DNA of 63,894 nucleotides, filler included, from Alloascoidea hylecoeti (taxonomy: Eukaryota), in NCBI GenBank assembly GCA_001600815.1. It is 8 parts of 5 records of this genome, joined end to end, with 100 filler letters (N's around TTAATTAATTAA, not from the genome) between each part and the next. Parts side by side here need not be neighbours in the genome. Positions count along the whole stretch, not along the records: positions 39,497 to 60,755 come from BCKZ01000003.1; positions 60,856 to 62,786 come from BCKZ01000006.1; 6 more parts are not named here. One strand, 5' to 3'. The notes beneath the pieces were generated by a model that was not told where the DNA came from, made no database searches, and saw only the letters and a program-made list of their open reading frames with translations. The translations under genes were made by a program, and so were the position numbers. Below, one piece after another: positions 50,249 through 62,606 of this stretch (positions within the stretch are counted from its first letter, which is position 1; each line of letters begins with the position of its first letter).

Positions 50249-50827
50249 GTCTATATATTTTATACAGTTGTATTATTCATAATAGATAGTTATTTATGCT
50301 ATTAGTTATATTTATCCCAAGTATAATATTACATTGTAGTCACAAATAACATAAGGTATATTAACCAACTACTTATTATATCCATACATTTAATTATATC
50401 GCTGATTAAGTAATTATGGTTAATACATTATTAGCCTGTTGATTCTTATAGAGCTACGAAGACACGGCAATCGTCAACTCAAATTATTTCTGATTCGTAA
50501 ACAAAGACAGATGAAAGAAAATGAAGATGATTATGAGTCACAAATAATTTGAGTTAATGGTTGTCGTGATCGCGTAGTTCTATAAGAATACGACACAGTA
50601 AAGCCATTAATTTGAAATATTAGTGTCGAAATAGTTATTACTAATTTCTATTATCGGACAATGTTGGAGTAATGAGGCGATGAGGAATGAAGATAGCGTA
50701 ACCATAATACAAACATTTACTGTCCAACTACTAAAGATCACTACACCATAGATAATTTGCGATCAATATTTCTAGATGAAGTTACAATACTATGCAATAC
50801 CAAGTTAATCCAGTATATCAGAAATTT

Positions 50828-50944
50828 GAAGCAATACTTTCTCTTGAAACATCAATTTTGAAGATTTTAGTGTTAGGATGTTCCTTGGACCATTACTATA
50901 AATCTGTAGCTTTATCTGGATTTCTTGCGGAAACAATAACTATT
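50828..50944 (-). pseudogene. Inverted SDR fragment
   Basis: IVSARNPDKATDL**WSKEHPNTKIFKIDVS, homologous to 49470-49570. Confidence 0.75.
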
Positions 50945-52352
50945 TAAAAATGATTGGTTAAGGAAAGAGAATTTTCAAATAAACTTTTGCGATTGGTAAT
51001 TTTTTTTTTTGAATAAATCGACTTAAGGTAGGAAGTAGAAATTATATTATAATGACCTTTATTAAATTTAACAGAAGATTTTCAGTAAAAGACTCGAACT
51101 AAATGGACTTTATAGTTATAATTTTTGGAAAGCTTAAGATTCATCAACGACAATATTAGTTTTTAAGAATTTTGAATTTCCAATATCCATACATTTAGAG
51201 TCTACAAATTTATTTTAAAAAAATATTGGAAAGAATTTGCCACTTTATATTATCCATAATTTCAGTTAGTAACTATAAAATGCAAGGGATGTCCCACAAC
51301 AGACACCACATCATAGTTGCAGTGACAAAAAGGATCGAAAATAAACCATTAGAAACCTTGTTAATATTATTAATAACCCATATCTTTAGCAAGCACATTT
51401 ATCTTTCTTGAACATTGATATCATCAATGTCACTAGAATGAAAAGAAAAAAAGCTCAGTTAAAAGAAAGGGAAATTTATTCAGAAATCATCATTTGGAAA
51501 AATCGAAAAACTAGCACAAAACTGTAAGAAATTTAAACAAAAGCTTTATAAAGATATTGGAACCAAATTTAAAAAATTATTTATAACGTTCTTCTACATT
51601 TTTGTTTTTTGAAAGAATAAAAAGATTAAAAGAGAATATTAGGCAGATTCTTTTATTTTCACCAAGTTCAAAAGTTGTTTCGGTTACTTACAACATTAAA
51701 TCACAAGAATTCATTAACAGAAGTTAGTAAGTACTAAGTAGGGACTAGCTTCAATACCAGCGGTTCTTATAGGATTAATGAACTCAGTACACAAAATTTC
51801 CTGTGACTCTCTACTGTTTTCTCAATAGGCATCTATTATAATCAACCATCTTGCCGAACATAATTCTCTGTATTCAAATCAATATTGCAAAATTTTGGAA
51901 TATTCCTATAACAATTATTTTCTTTCTTTTAATTAAAGTTGATTTTGAATCGGATGGCCAAGAATTTCATCCCTTAATTAACAAAAATACTACATTTTGA
52001 ACCAGAAGAGAAGAATTAGAAATATATGTGGTACCATAACAGTTCTAATTGTAAATATATGTTTCATTGTCTTGATAGTATAAAAATTAATTATTTATAT
52101 TTTTCATTGTATTTTTCATTGTGCATTTAAAACTTGTAGTTTCTTCCTTAATCTTTGAAATTGAGAGTTCTTGGTACCATATTCATAAAAGATTTCTTTA
52201 CAAAGGAATATTTGGACCAGAAATTATTTTCTCTTATACTTCAGGTTTGACAGTGCCTAGAAATTACCTATATAACTTTTAAAGTATTATTATTATTATT
52301 TATTAAAAAGCCTTGGAAAACTAGAAGAAGGAGGTAAATTGTCAAATTTAAA

Positions 52353-52434
52353 GCTCATCACACGTGCACTCTCCGAAGTATACGGGCGTTTGGGTGTCAT
52401 CAATTTTGATAGAAATATATTTTTCAATTTTTCA
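52353..52434. promoter_or_regulatory. PAC-like, E-box and RRPE-like motifs upstream of RRS1
   Basis: GCTCATC 52353, CACGTG 52361, AATTTTTCA ~52426. Confidence 0.5.
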
Positions 52435-52519
52435 TTTTTGTTTTTTCAATTCAAGACATTTTTTTTCACATTCATCATTTATAACTCAGAAGTTATAAAT
52501 ATATAAATAACGATATAGC

Positions 52520-53239
52520 ATGTCGACTGATAACACGCCTAAATTGTAAGTTCTTTACTAAGTTTTGCTAAAATTTAATATTATTGGGTTGGGTTGGAAG
52601 AAAATTTTCTAACACTTCAAAAATATTAGTAAACCTATTACGGTTTCAAAAGCAATACCAGTTACATATGATTTAGGAAATTTAGCAGCTTTTGATACAA
52701 ATCCATTAGATTCATCATTATTAAATTCCGAAAATGAAGAAATTAAAGAAGAACATATTAAATCAATAACAAGAGATAATGTTCAATTATTAATAAATCA
52801 AATATTATCATTACCAATTAAAACAACAACTGATTCAGTTTCAAGTAGTAATGGATCACAAACAGCAACAGTTACATTAGTTAGTCTTCCAGAACCAACT
52901 ACACAATTACCAAGAGAAAAACCATTACCAATTGCAAAACCTGAAACTAAATGGGAACAATTTGCTAAATTAAAAGGAATTAAAAAGAAGGAAAAATCTG
53001 GTAAATTGGTATGGAGTGAAGAAAGACAAGAATGGGCTCCAAAATGGGGTTATAAAGGTCTTAATAAAGAAGTTGAAAATCAATGGTTAGTTGAAGTTGA
53101 TGAAGAAAATAAAAAATTAAAAGGTAAAAAAAGAGATGGTGATGAATTATTAGATCCAAGAAGTTTAAAAAGAAAAGAAAGAAAAGAATTAATTAAGAAA
53201 AATGAAAGACAACAAAAGAAAAATCTTTCAAAAAAATAA
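52520..53239 (+). CDS. RRS1: Ribosome biogenesis regulatory protein; exons 52520-52545, 52630-53239
   Basis: IPVTYDLGNLAAFDTNP, RDNVQLLINQI, LPREKPLP, TKWEQFA, PKWGYKG. Confidence 0.93.
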
Positions 53240-53479
53240 TAAAAAAAGAATAATTGGTTTTTATAGAATGTATAATTATAATTATAAGATGTGTATTTAT
53301 CATATTAATAATGTACCAATTGTATCATATCATATATGTACGAACTTATTATTTCTAACAACCTAAACCTCTTCCACACACATCTCCCGAGTTAAACGAA
53401 AACCTATAATCAACCATCTTTTTAATAGAAAGAAGAATAAAAATAAACAATAATTAATTCAAAACGTTCATTTATATCA

Positions 53480-54610
53480 ATGGCGAAACGTTTATCCCTT
53501 ACGATTTTTTTACCTCAGAAATATATTCCAGTCATTGATGTATGATATCTTTGATTTTTATGTCTATGATTTTTATATGAATCTAACTTTGCATTTTTTT
53601 TTTCTTTCTTGTTATGATAGGCAATTTTAAGAGTTCTTGACTTAGATGAAGTTACAAAGAAAAGAATAAGGAATTGTATTCAAGAATTATTTGAGGTTGA
53701 TTTAGGACCATATAAAGTGAGTTTTTTTTACCATTTTGGAGACGATTGATTGATTAAGTTTTATAATTAATATTTTATTTACTAGGATCAAATTAATGAA
53801 CTTATTCAAGAAAGGTTATATAAATTATTGGATGAACGATCAGAAAAGGAAAGAATAGAAGAAGAAGAAAATGAAAATGAAAAAGAAAATGAAAATGAAA
53901 ATGAAAATGAAGAAGAAGCAAGGCATAAAGATAATGGAGATTCATCATTTGGAGAACCAAATGAAGAGCAATTACAACTTGAATATTATGGAAACGGAGA
54001 ACCACCAAATGAAGAACAGACGGAATATTATGAAGATGAACAAAATGAACAACAATCACAATTGCAAGAGACTGAGTTTTATGAAGTTGATGGACAAGAT
54101 CAAGAACCTTTTGAGGCACAAAACTCGGTTTCGTATGATAATAAAAAACGAACAAGTTATGATAATTATAATCAAGGAAGTTATGAAAGACAAGATAGTG
54201 CGAGTTATGGATATCAGGAGAACTACAATAATAATGGTAGGAAGGGAAGTTATGAAAGAGAATCTTATGATGGTAATAGTAATGGGAAAAAGAATTATAA
54301 AGAGAACGGGGGATACAAATATAACAATACTAATAATTATAACAACAAGATGGATCGAAAACCATTTCTAAACGATGGACCACATAGGTCATCTTACGGA
54401 TCACCCCGTGGATCTTTTAGTGGAACATCATCTGGTCGTGGGCGAGGACGTGGTCGGGGAGGAAGTGGTTGGGGAAGAGGACGTGGACGTGGACGAGGGC
54501 GTGGAAGAGCAGGTGGGCAAAACTGGGGAAATGGAAATGGAAATGGATATAACGGAGGCCAAAACTATGAAGAACCAAGAAGGAAAAGAATAAAGAACAG
54601 TTATAATTAA
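53480..54610 (+). CDS. DEK_C-domain protein with acidic and RG/RGG low-complexity tail; exons 53480-53539, 53621-53716, 53786-54610
   Basis: Spliced YIPVIDAILRVLDLDEVTKKRIRNCIQELFEVDLGPYKDQINELIQERL resembles the Uaf30/Tri1 N-terminal DEK_C; GRGRGRG repeats. Confidence 0.72.
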
Positions 54611-55044
54611 TAACTGATTACGTGTAGGCTGTGTTTTCTTAATGATTGAGATGACTGAAATGAAGTGAGAATATTGTATAGCCCTGTTTATATAATTGCG
54701 TAAGAAACGGCAGGAGGCAATTCGCACCTGAGAATACACGAGTTCGTAAGTCATCTCCTTCTCATTTTCGCTAATAATCACATATTGTGTAAACCTTGTT
54801 TCACCATTGTGGCGAATATTTAAGGTTCTTACAGTTATTTTTATTTGTTTACTGTTTTTCGTGAGAAACTAACTAACGAGCTATGCAGTTAACTTTATAT
54901 TCACAGCCCACGGATTGATTTAGTGTTACGAATTTTCTATTTTCGACACATTACAGTTGACGTTATAATTAGTTGGACATAAACACACTCCACATCTCTC
55001 ATCCACTTAATTTTATATCCAAACCTCCTTCATCAATCATAAAA

Positions 55045-58000
55045 ATGGTACATCAACGATCTTCTAGTCGTCAAACACGACTGTCAATATATAGTTTAGA
55101 TTCCTTATCAACCTCCATTTCTCTTCTTAATTCTTCAACATCATCTTCAAAGCAAGGATACATTAAGATCGACGACACATATCTTTATGAATATCTCTTA
55201 CGCGTTTGTATATTGTCTTATAGAACTGAACCAAGATTTCGAGTTCCATTACCAATTCAACAATCAAATATATCATCATTAGATCCAAAATCAAAATCTC
55301 CTAAGAGAAGTCATACACATCTTCATGGTCATGCAAGATCCAAAACCCATGATTTTATAAATATTAGACCAACAACAACATATTATGATTATAAATTACC
55401 AAAAGATATAATTGAAGTATTATTAATTAGATTAAATAAAATAGCAATGAAACAAGATTACAAATTTAAAATTATAAATCAAGATACAAGAAGATGTTTT
55501 TTAGTTTTTTATGGTAATTTAATGAATAAAGATATACAAAAAAAAATTCAAAATATGAGACAACCAGAAGAATTAGTAATGTTATTTATAAGTTGTGCAA
55601 ATAAAGAATTAACCAAATTAAATGTTGAAAATCTAACAAATGTTGTTCATTTACAAACTTCTGAATTTATTCATTTCTTGATAAATATTTTAACAACTGA
55701 TTATGATAAAAGGGATTATTTAGTAGAAAAATTGAAAGAATTTGAAGATACTTTAATAATTAAAAATCATACAAATAATACTTTAAATAGTAATGGAAAT
55801 GGAAAGAATAATCATTTTACTCATAATAGTATGGATAACGTCTTAACAAAAACATCAACAAGATCATCAATATCATCATTTCAAACAATAACATCATCAC
55901 AAACAATAAAATATCCAATTCCATCATTTAAACAAGATGATATGATATTAATTCAAACATTAGGTTTAATTTTCAATAAATCAAAAGACGACTTACAAAA
56001 TGATATTGATAGATTAAAATCATATTCAATTGAATTAAAATTAGAATCAGATATTAATAAATTATTGAATGATTTAAATTTAAATAAATGTGAAAAATTA
56101 TGGATACCTGATGATTTTAATACAATTGAAAATTATGAAAAATGGAAAGAAAATGAAATTAAATCTTTAATGTTATTATTAGATCAAAAAAAACATTTAC
56201 CAATTGTTAATAATGAAAATGAAGATTTTTTAATTGATAAATTTTTTTATTTTATACCTGATCAACCAAAAGATTATTATAATAGTTTATTAATTAAAAT
56301 CTTACAATCACAATCAATTTCAATAGATAACAATTGTAATGATAATGAAGAAAATTTATTATTTACAAAATCATCATTAGATTTCTTAAATGAAGTTGCA
56401 AAAATATGGAGAATTGATTATATTACAAGAGCAATTTCATTTATTGATGCATCAGATAAAACAATTTTATCATCTTCATCATATCTGGAAGATGGTATTG
56501 ATTTAGATAAATTAAAAGATGTTTTTAATTTTTCAAAAAGAATTATTGAAATTGGTAAATTAAATTGGGATTTTAATACCTGGAATAAAAAATCTCAANA
56601 AATTTATGGAAATTTTTTATATAAATTATATTTAAAAATAATGGAAGAAATTAGAAAATTATTATTAAAAATATTTAATGATAAGTTAAATAAACCTAAA
56701 TTTAAACCATATTTAAATTTTTTAGAAGATTATATTGAAAATGATTTAATATTTAATATTGTTTATTCAAAAATAAATTTTAAAAAAATTTTAAAAAAAT
56801 TTCAAAAGACCATATTTAAAATAAGTGGTGAAAAATATGATGAATATTTATCAAAAATTCCAAGAGATAATACCCTATCAACATTACATATACTCCAACT
56901 TGGTGAAACAATTATATCTCAAGCACAAAAAATTCAAAAAAGATATCCAATGCCATTATTAGGAGAAATTTATATATCAAAAATTGTTATACAATGTCAA
57001 TCATCATTATATTGTAATGATTCAGAAACAATGTTAAAATATTTAATATCAAATCAATTATCAAAAAATGAATTAATGACATTTGATGAATCTATTCAAT
57101 TATATAATATATTATCACAAATTAGAGATTTATATTATCAAGTTTATTCATCAAGTTCAAAAACATTTAAATTTAATTTAGAAGATTTTTTTGAAAATTT
57201 TATTAAAGATTGGGCAGAACATTCATGTGAATTAACATTAAATTTTATAAATGAATCATTAAAAAAAGATAATTTTTTACCTTTAAATGATAATGAAAAT
57301 CAATTATATAGTTCATCAGTAATTGATATTTTTACAAGTTTTAGAGCAACGTCTACAATATTATCAAATTTAAATTGGAAAAATGAATATCAATTATCTA
57401 AATTTTATACAATTATTATAAAAGGTATATCAAATGGTTTATTATTATATTCAAATAATTTAATTGATTTATTTTTAAATGAATTAGGTACAATTAATGA
57501 TATTGCAACAAAAAAAAATATTATTTATGAATCAAGACATGATAAATGGATTGCAGGAGTTAAATCAGTGATTAATGGAAAAGAAAGACCAATTCCTGAA
57601 ATTTATCAATTTCAAGCAAAAACTTGTATTAAATTAAATGATATTTCTTTCACTTTAGAACAATTAGATCAATTTGAAGAAAAAATAAATCCTTCAAAGT
57701 TATCAAATATAATAAAAAAAATGGAAAAAAATTCAAATGAAAGATCAAATTATTTATTTAATATTAGAATTATTAGAGCAGAAGGTTTAAAAGCTTGTGA
57801 TATGAATGGATTAAGTGATCCATATATTACATTATTAGATACAAGTACTGGTAGAACAATTGGTAAAACAAATACAATTTATGAAGATTTAAATCCTTAT
57901 TGGGATGAAACTTTTGAAATTATTTGTAATAGACCAATTACTTTAACAGCAACTGTTTGGGATGAAAATACAATTGGAAATCATGATATTTGTGGTAGAT

Positions 58001-59034
58001 CATTAATTCAATTAGATGGTTTAAAATTTAAAGAATCAATTGCAAGAGAAATTTGGTTAGATTTAGATACACAAGGTAGAATATTATTTTCAATTTCAGT
58101 TGAAAATGAAAAAGATGATATACAATTTTATTTTGGTAAATCATTTAGAACATTAATGAGAGTTGAAGATAGAATGATTATGTCAATGGTTAATAAATTT
58201 ACAGCATATATTCAATATACATTATCAATTGATGTTATTAAAATGGTTTCAAAAGGTAATAAATCATCAAGTTTAAGTATTGAAAAAATGTCAAATTGGT
58301 TAAATAATAATGGTAATAATAACAAAATTATAAAAGAAAAAGAAAAACCAAGTACTTTAGATATAAAAGATGCAATTATACCATTATATGATTATTTAAA
58401 TGCAAATTTTAAAATATTAGCAAAATATTTAACACATGATTTACTTATTAAAGTAATGACAAAAACTTGGGATGTTGTTTTAAAAATTGCAGATTCTTTA
58501 CTGCTTCCACCATTAATTAAAAAAAAAAGTAAAAAAAAAATTCTAAGTTCATTTGAATGTGAAATTGTTTTCATTTGGTTAAGATCATTATGTAATGAAT
58601 TTTTTTATAATAATGGGGAAGGACCAAGTTTAGAAACACTACAAAATAATAAATATCAGGAATTAATGTTAGTTCCTGCTTATTATGACAATGATACATA
58701 TTCATTAAAACAAGAAGTCGATAATTTAACACCAATGACAATGAAAATGATGAATGAAAAGAAATTTATATCATTTGATCAGCTGGTTAAAAGAAATAAT
58801 ACCGTGATGGGCCATCGAAACCGGAAAGTGGTTGCCAAGACCGAAAAACAGATTGCTGAGGTTCGAAGGAAGATGCCGCATGAAGACGATATTATACTGA
58901 GAATTCTGTTGGTTCGAGGGGAAACAGACTTTGTATTTCGGAGATTGAAACAACGGGAGAAGATATCCCGAAGTTTAGCAACCGAACGAATGGCGCGTGC
59001 TGCTGCAGATGGCACGTTCAGTAATTTTCGCTAA
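55045..59034 (+). CDS. Munc13-homology/C2-domain protein (YOR296W-like); likely ATG at 55045
   Basis: C2 domain AEGLKACDMNGLSDPY...DLNPYWDETF; YSSSVIDIF MHD motif; PLYDYLNANF. Confidence 0.8.
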   Translation: MVHQRSSSRQTRLSIYSLDSLSTSISLLNSSTSSSKQGYIKIDDTYLYEYLLRVCILSYRTEPRFRVPLPIQQSNISSLDPKSKSPKRSHTHLHGHARSKTHDFINIRPTTTYYDYKLPKDIIEVLLIRLNKIAMKQDYKFKIINQDTRRCFLVFYGNLMNKDIQKKIQNMRQPEELVMLFISCANKELTKLNVENLTNVVHLQTSEFIHFLINILTTDYDKRDYLVEKLKEFEDTLIIKNHTNNTLNSNGNGKNNHFTHNSMDNVLTKTSTRSSISSFQTITSSQTIKYPIPSFKQDDMILIQTLGLIFNKSKDDLQNDIDRLKSYSIELKLESDINKLLNDLNLNKCEKLWIPDDFNTIENYEKWKENEIKSLMLLLDQKKHLPIVNNENEDFLIDKFFYFIPDQPKDYYNSLLIKILQSQSISIDNNCNDNEENLLFTKSSLDFLNEVAKIWRIDYITRAISFIDASDKTILSSSSYLEDGIDLDKLKDVFNFSKRIIEIGKLNWDFNTWNKKSQXIYGNFLYKLYLKIMEEIRKLLLKIFNDKLNKPKFKPYLNFLEDYIENDLIFNIVYSKINFKKILKKFQKTIFKISGEKYDEYLSKIPRDNTLSTLHILQLGETIISQAQKIQKRYPMPLLGEIYISKIVIQCQSSLYCNDSETMLKYLISNQLSKNELMTFDESIQLYNILSQIRDLYYQVYSSSSKTFKFNLEDFFENFIKDWAEHSCELTLNFINESLKKDNFLPLNDNENQLYSSSVIDIFTSFRATSTILSNLNWKNEYQLSKFYTIIIKGISNGLLLYSNNLIDLFLNELGTINDIATKKNIIYESRHDKWIAGVKSVINGKERPIPEIYQFQAKTCIKLNDISFTLEQLDQFEEKINPSKLSNIIKKMEKNSNERSNYLFNIRIIRAEGLKACDMNGLSDPYITLLDTSTGRTIGKTNTIYEDLNPYWDETFEIICNRPITLTATVWDENTIGNHDICGRSLIQLDGLKFKESIAREIWLDLDTQGRILFSISVENEKDDIQFYFGKSFRTLMRVEDRMIMSMVNKFTAYIQYTLSIDVIKMVSKGNKSSSLSIEKMSNWLNNNGNNNKIIKEKEKPSTLDIKDAIIPLYDYLNANFKILAKYLTHDLLIKVMTKTWDVVLKIADSLLLPPLIKKKSKKKILSSFECEIVFIWLRSLCNEFFYNNGEGPSLETLQNNKYQELMLVPAYYDNDTYSLKQEVDNLTPMTMKMMNEKKFISFDQLVKRNNTVMGHRNRKVVAKTEKQIAEVRRKMPHEDDIILRILLVRGETDFVFRRLKQREKISRSLATERMARAAADGTFSNFR

Positions 59035-59343
59035 TAGTAGATAATAATTCTATCAGGATATACGCTCTATTTTAAGAACACGGTTAGCTTAAAATTCCGG
59101 GTAATTGTAACGGCGATAGTGCACTTTTTTGCTCATAATGATTGCCTTTTTTCGGATGCCGAACTGTGATTGACTGCGGAAATGCATTCGCCACCAAAAA
59201 TATCCCTAATGCGCGGCTGGTGTTCGGAATTAGCGCACTTTAATTGTAACGACGCGGCTACCCTTTAACTATAAATATTTCAGTTTCCCTGCCTTATTTA
59301 CTTTTCTCAAATCCCATAAACAAGAAAACTGCCAACTGCTTAA

Positions 59344-60755
59344 ATGTCGGCTGAAAGTCCATCTTCGAAAAAGGACTTGACTTCTAGGTCCTCAAAATCC
59401 TCAAAGTCGTCAGCTTCTTCAATCACAGATCCCGTATCAAAGGACAAAAACAAAAATAAAAACAAAAACAAAATTGATCATGAAAAAATAGACCCTTTTA
59501 AAGATTTACCACAAAATGAAGGCGATATTTTACGACGACAAGTTGAAACTCCCGAATTTCATGCTTCTCTGTTAACTTTATATCGTTATATTGGTCAAGG
59601 TGGCATATGGGATTATATCTTGGTATTCGCAGCGTATTTATCTTCAATTATTGCTGGTGCTTTAATACCATTAATGACAATCATTGTTGGTCAATTAACT
59701 CAAAAAATGGCTGATTTTATGGCAACTGGTGCAGATCCTGATGAGTTCCAACATCAAGTTAATCATTTTGCTTTATATTTTGTTTATTTAGGTATTGGTG
59801 TTGGTGTTTTCACTTATTTACATACTTGTTTACATGTAATTATTGGTGAATTGTTAACCGGTAGAGTTAGACAACATTATTTATATTCAATCTTACATCA
59901 GAATATTGGATTTTTCGATGATATTGGAGCTGGTGAAGTTACAGAAAGAATTAGTACTGATACAAGATTAATTCAAGATGGTATTTCTGAGAAAGCGGGT
60001 TTAATTGCTGAAGGTTTAGCTCAATTTATTTCGGCTTTTGTAATTGGTTTTACTCAATCTGCTAAAATGGCTGGTGTTTTAGTTTGTTCTATTATTGCTA
60101 TTTTTGGTAGTATGATGGTTGGTTCTTTCTTTATAATGAAGTATACAAACAGAGGTTTAGTTACCTATGCTGAAGCTTCTTCTGTTGCGGAAGAAGTGTT
60201 TTCTTCAATTAGAAATGTCGTTGCTTTTGGTACTCAAGCTCGTTCAGCAAATCAATATGATGAGAAAATTGTAACCTCTAGATACTGGGGCATTAGAAAA
60301 GGATTCTCTTTAGCTGGTATGGTTGCCATGATTTGGTGTTCGATGTATTTAACATATTCATTGGCATTTTGGCAAGGATCTAGATTTATTGCTTGGGGTG
60401 ACATTAGTATTTCTGATGTTATTACTACTGTTATGGCTATTATCATTGGTTCCTTTGCCTTAGGTAATGCTGCTCCAAATTTTCAAGCGTTAGGAACTGC
60501 TTTAGGCGCTGCAAATAAAATATTTGGAACAATTGATAGAATGCCCTCAGTAATTTCCGATAATGGTGAAGATGGTACAAAACTTGAAAATGATAGTTTA
60601 AAAGGTGAGATTGAATTAAAACATGTTAAATGTATTTATCCTTCAAGACCAAATGTTACTGTTTTACATGATATGAATTTAAAAGTTAATCCTGGTGAAA
60701 CTGTTGCTCTAGTCGGTACTTCAGGTTCCGGTAAATCAACAATTATTGGTTTATT
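59344..60755 (+). CDS. ABCB/MDR P-glycoprotein, N-terminal half, cut by gap
   Basis: TMD1 and Walker A GTSGSGKST; close paralog of the 39.5-46.5 kb copies. Confidence 0.92.
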
Positions 60756-61291
60756 NNNNNNNNNNNNNNNNNNNNNNNNNNNNNNNNNNNNNNNNNNNNT
60801 TAATTAATTAANNNNNNNNNNNNNNNNNNNNNNNNNNNNNNNNNNNNNNNNNNNNCCAATTTGAAACCACCCCCATATTTATATTTTTTTCTTTCTTAAA
60901 AACAATAACCAGTTATTCAATTAAGAAGCATATAATAATGAGATAGAATAAGAAAATTCTCTTCAAATATATATTAATTAACTATAATAGTATCGACTGC
61001 CAACTTGCAGTGCCAAGAGTTATTTGCTTGCAGTCAAGATATCAATATCCTAGTGAACATGACATACCTACATGTATTCAATAAAGTGTTTATTACAATG
61101 AATTATCATACTAGCATATTCCAATAACACAATATTAAGAGAAAAACGTGGTATAAGCCACCCTACTATAAGGTATAGGAAGGTTTCTTGATTCTTAGGC
61201 GACCGAAAGGGAAAAACAAAAACATGGACGAGTAAAACTTAATTTCTTTTTAAACAAACACCACTCACCACCATTTCAAAAAGAAACCTCA

Positions 61292-61880
61292 ATTCAAAGC
61301 AGGAAAAGGACAATCGATCTTTGAAATTACATTGAGCTACTTTTTACACGAAGCTGAACTCTAAAGTATTCCGTAAAAAGATTGTAAAAGACTTCGCCGT
61401 TCCCAGATCTTCCATAAGGAGTAGACTAAATAAAACAATAACTTTTGGCTTTTCGGGAGGATGAGGTAATGATGCACATACGGGAAGTGCCGAAACCTGG
61501 CTGTGGTGTTGATAAATCAGTGATATTTATGATTGTTGAAGAATATATCCAGATACGACTTAATTCAACTTTACGAGGTTTTAAACAGGTACCAATAATA
61601 GCAAATGAACATTATGTGAGGAACCAATAGGTCTCTGCCTTCTTAAATAGACATGATGAGATTGTCTGCAAGCCGTTTCACTTTTTTGATCCTTATAGAT
61701 TCTTGGCCATGGATAAAGATAACATACAAAGTTAGTTAATGATGACTCTAGTGACAAATATAAATAAGTCAGGAAGGTGTAATTGCCTTCTATTTCTGAG
61801 TTGATACCTCTTTGGGGAAATCTCGTCACTTGTATTGAATGTGTCAATATCATGGGATAAGGAAAACATTCCGGATGGGG
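61292..61880 (+). mobile_element. Decayed Fot1/pogo (DDE_1) transposase
   Basis: FAVPRSSIRSRLN (HTH), VSAFLNRHDEI...DPYRFLAMDKDNIQS (CENP-B-like), LVTCIECVN (DDE_1 start); stops and frameshifts. Confidence 0.7.
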
Positions 61881-62606
61881 ATGTACAATGCCTGAAGGTC
61901 AACTATCATTTGTTATAGCCATCCATAAATCGTGCTGTTAATCAAAGTGTGTATCATTCCAGTGGGAAAATACAAGGCAGTTATCCTGAATTTATAGTTC
62001 TTCTCAATTCTCACACCACACTACGATAACCGCTTTAAAATAGTATATACACTATTCCTCGATCCTAGAGGTATAAATTTCCACGCAAGCCGTACGTGTG
62101 AATATAAAATCTAAACTGGTTTCAATTTATTGGACCATCAATCTGACTATTTACATCCAACTAAATAGTAAATATCCTTTTAATACTCATAATACGACTT
62201 GTGTGAAAATTAAAAATTCAAAACCGTAGATAATGCTTTTTTATTTATATATTTTACATGAGACTTATATATAGTGACTTCCCTCAATTCCCTGTACCTA
62301 TGAATACTAATAAAACCCAGTTAGGCAAGCGCTGAAGGTATTTTCCATATACAAGCTCATTCCGAATCAAATAAATCTATTTGTTAATTTTCTGAATCTT
62401 TAGATTAACAATATTTCAGTTAATATGCAAATACGCAATGCGTATTGATTTCTAAATCAGAATTTAATTAATAAGTTTCTTCTATATTAGATCTGGTTAA
62501 TAATTTTAATTTCTATGGAACGAAAGATTATTTATTTAAAAAAATTATAATAAATATTTATAGTAATATATGATATAACAATTAATAAAATTAATAAATT
62601 GGAAGA

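Noticed and set aside
53802..54781. Overlapping alternative-frame ORFs (MKMKKK..., antisense)
   Set aside because: Shadows of the GAAAAT and GGACGT low-complexity coding repeats.
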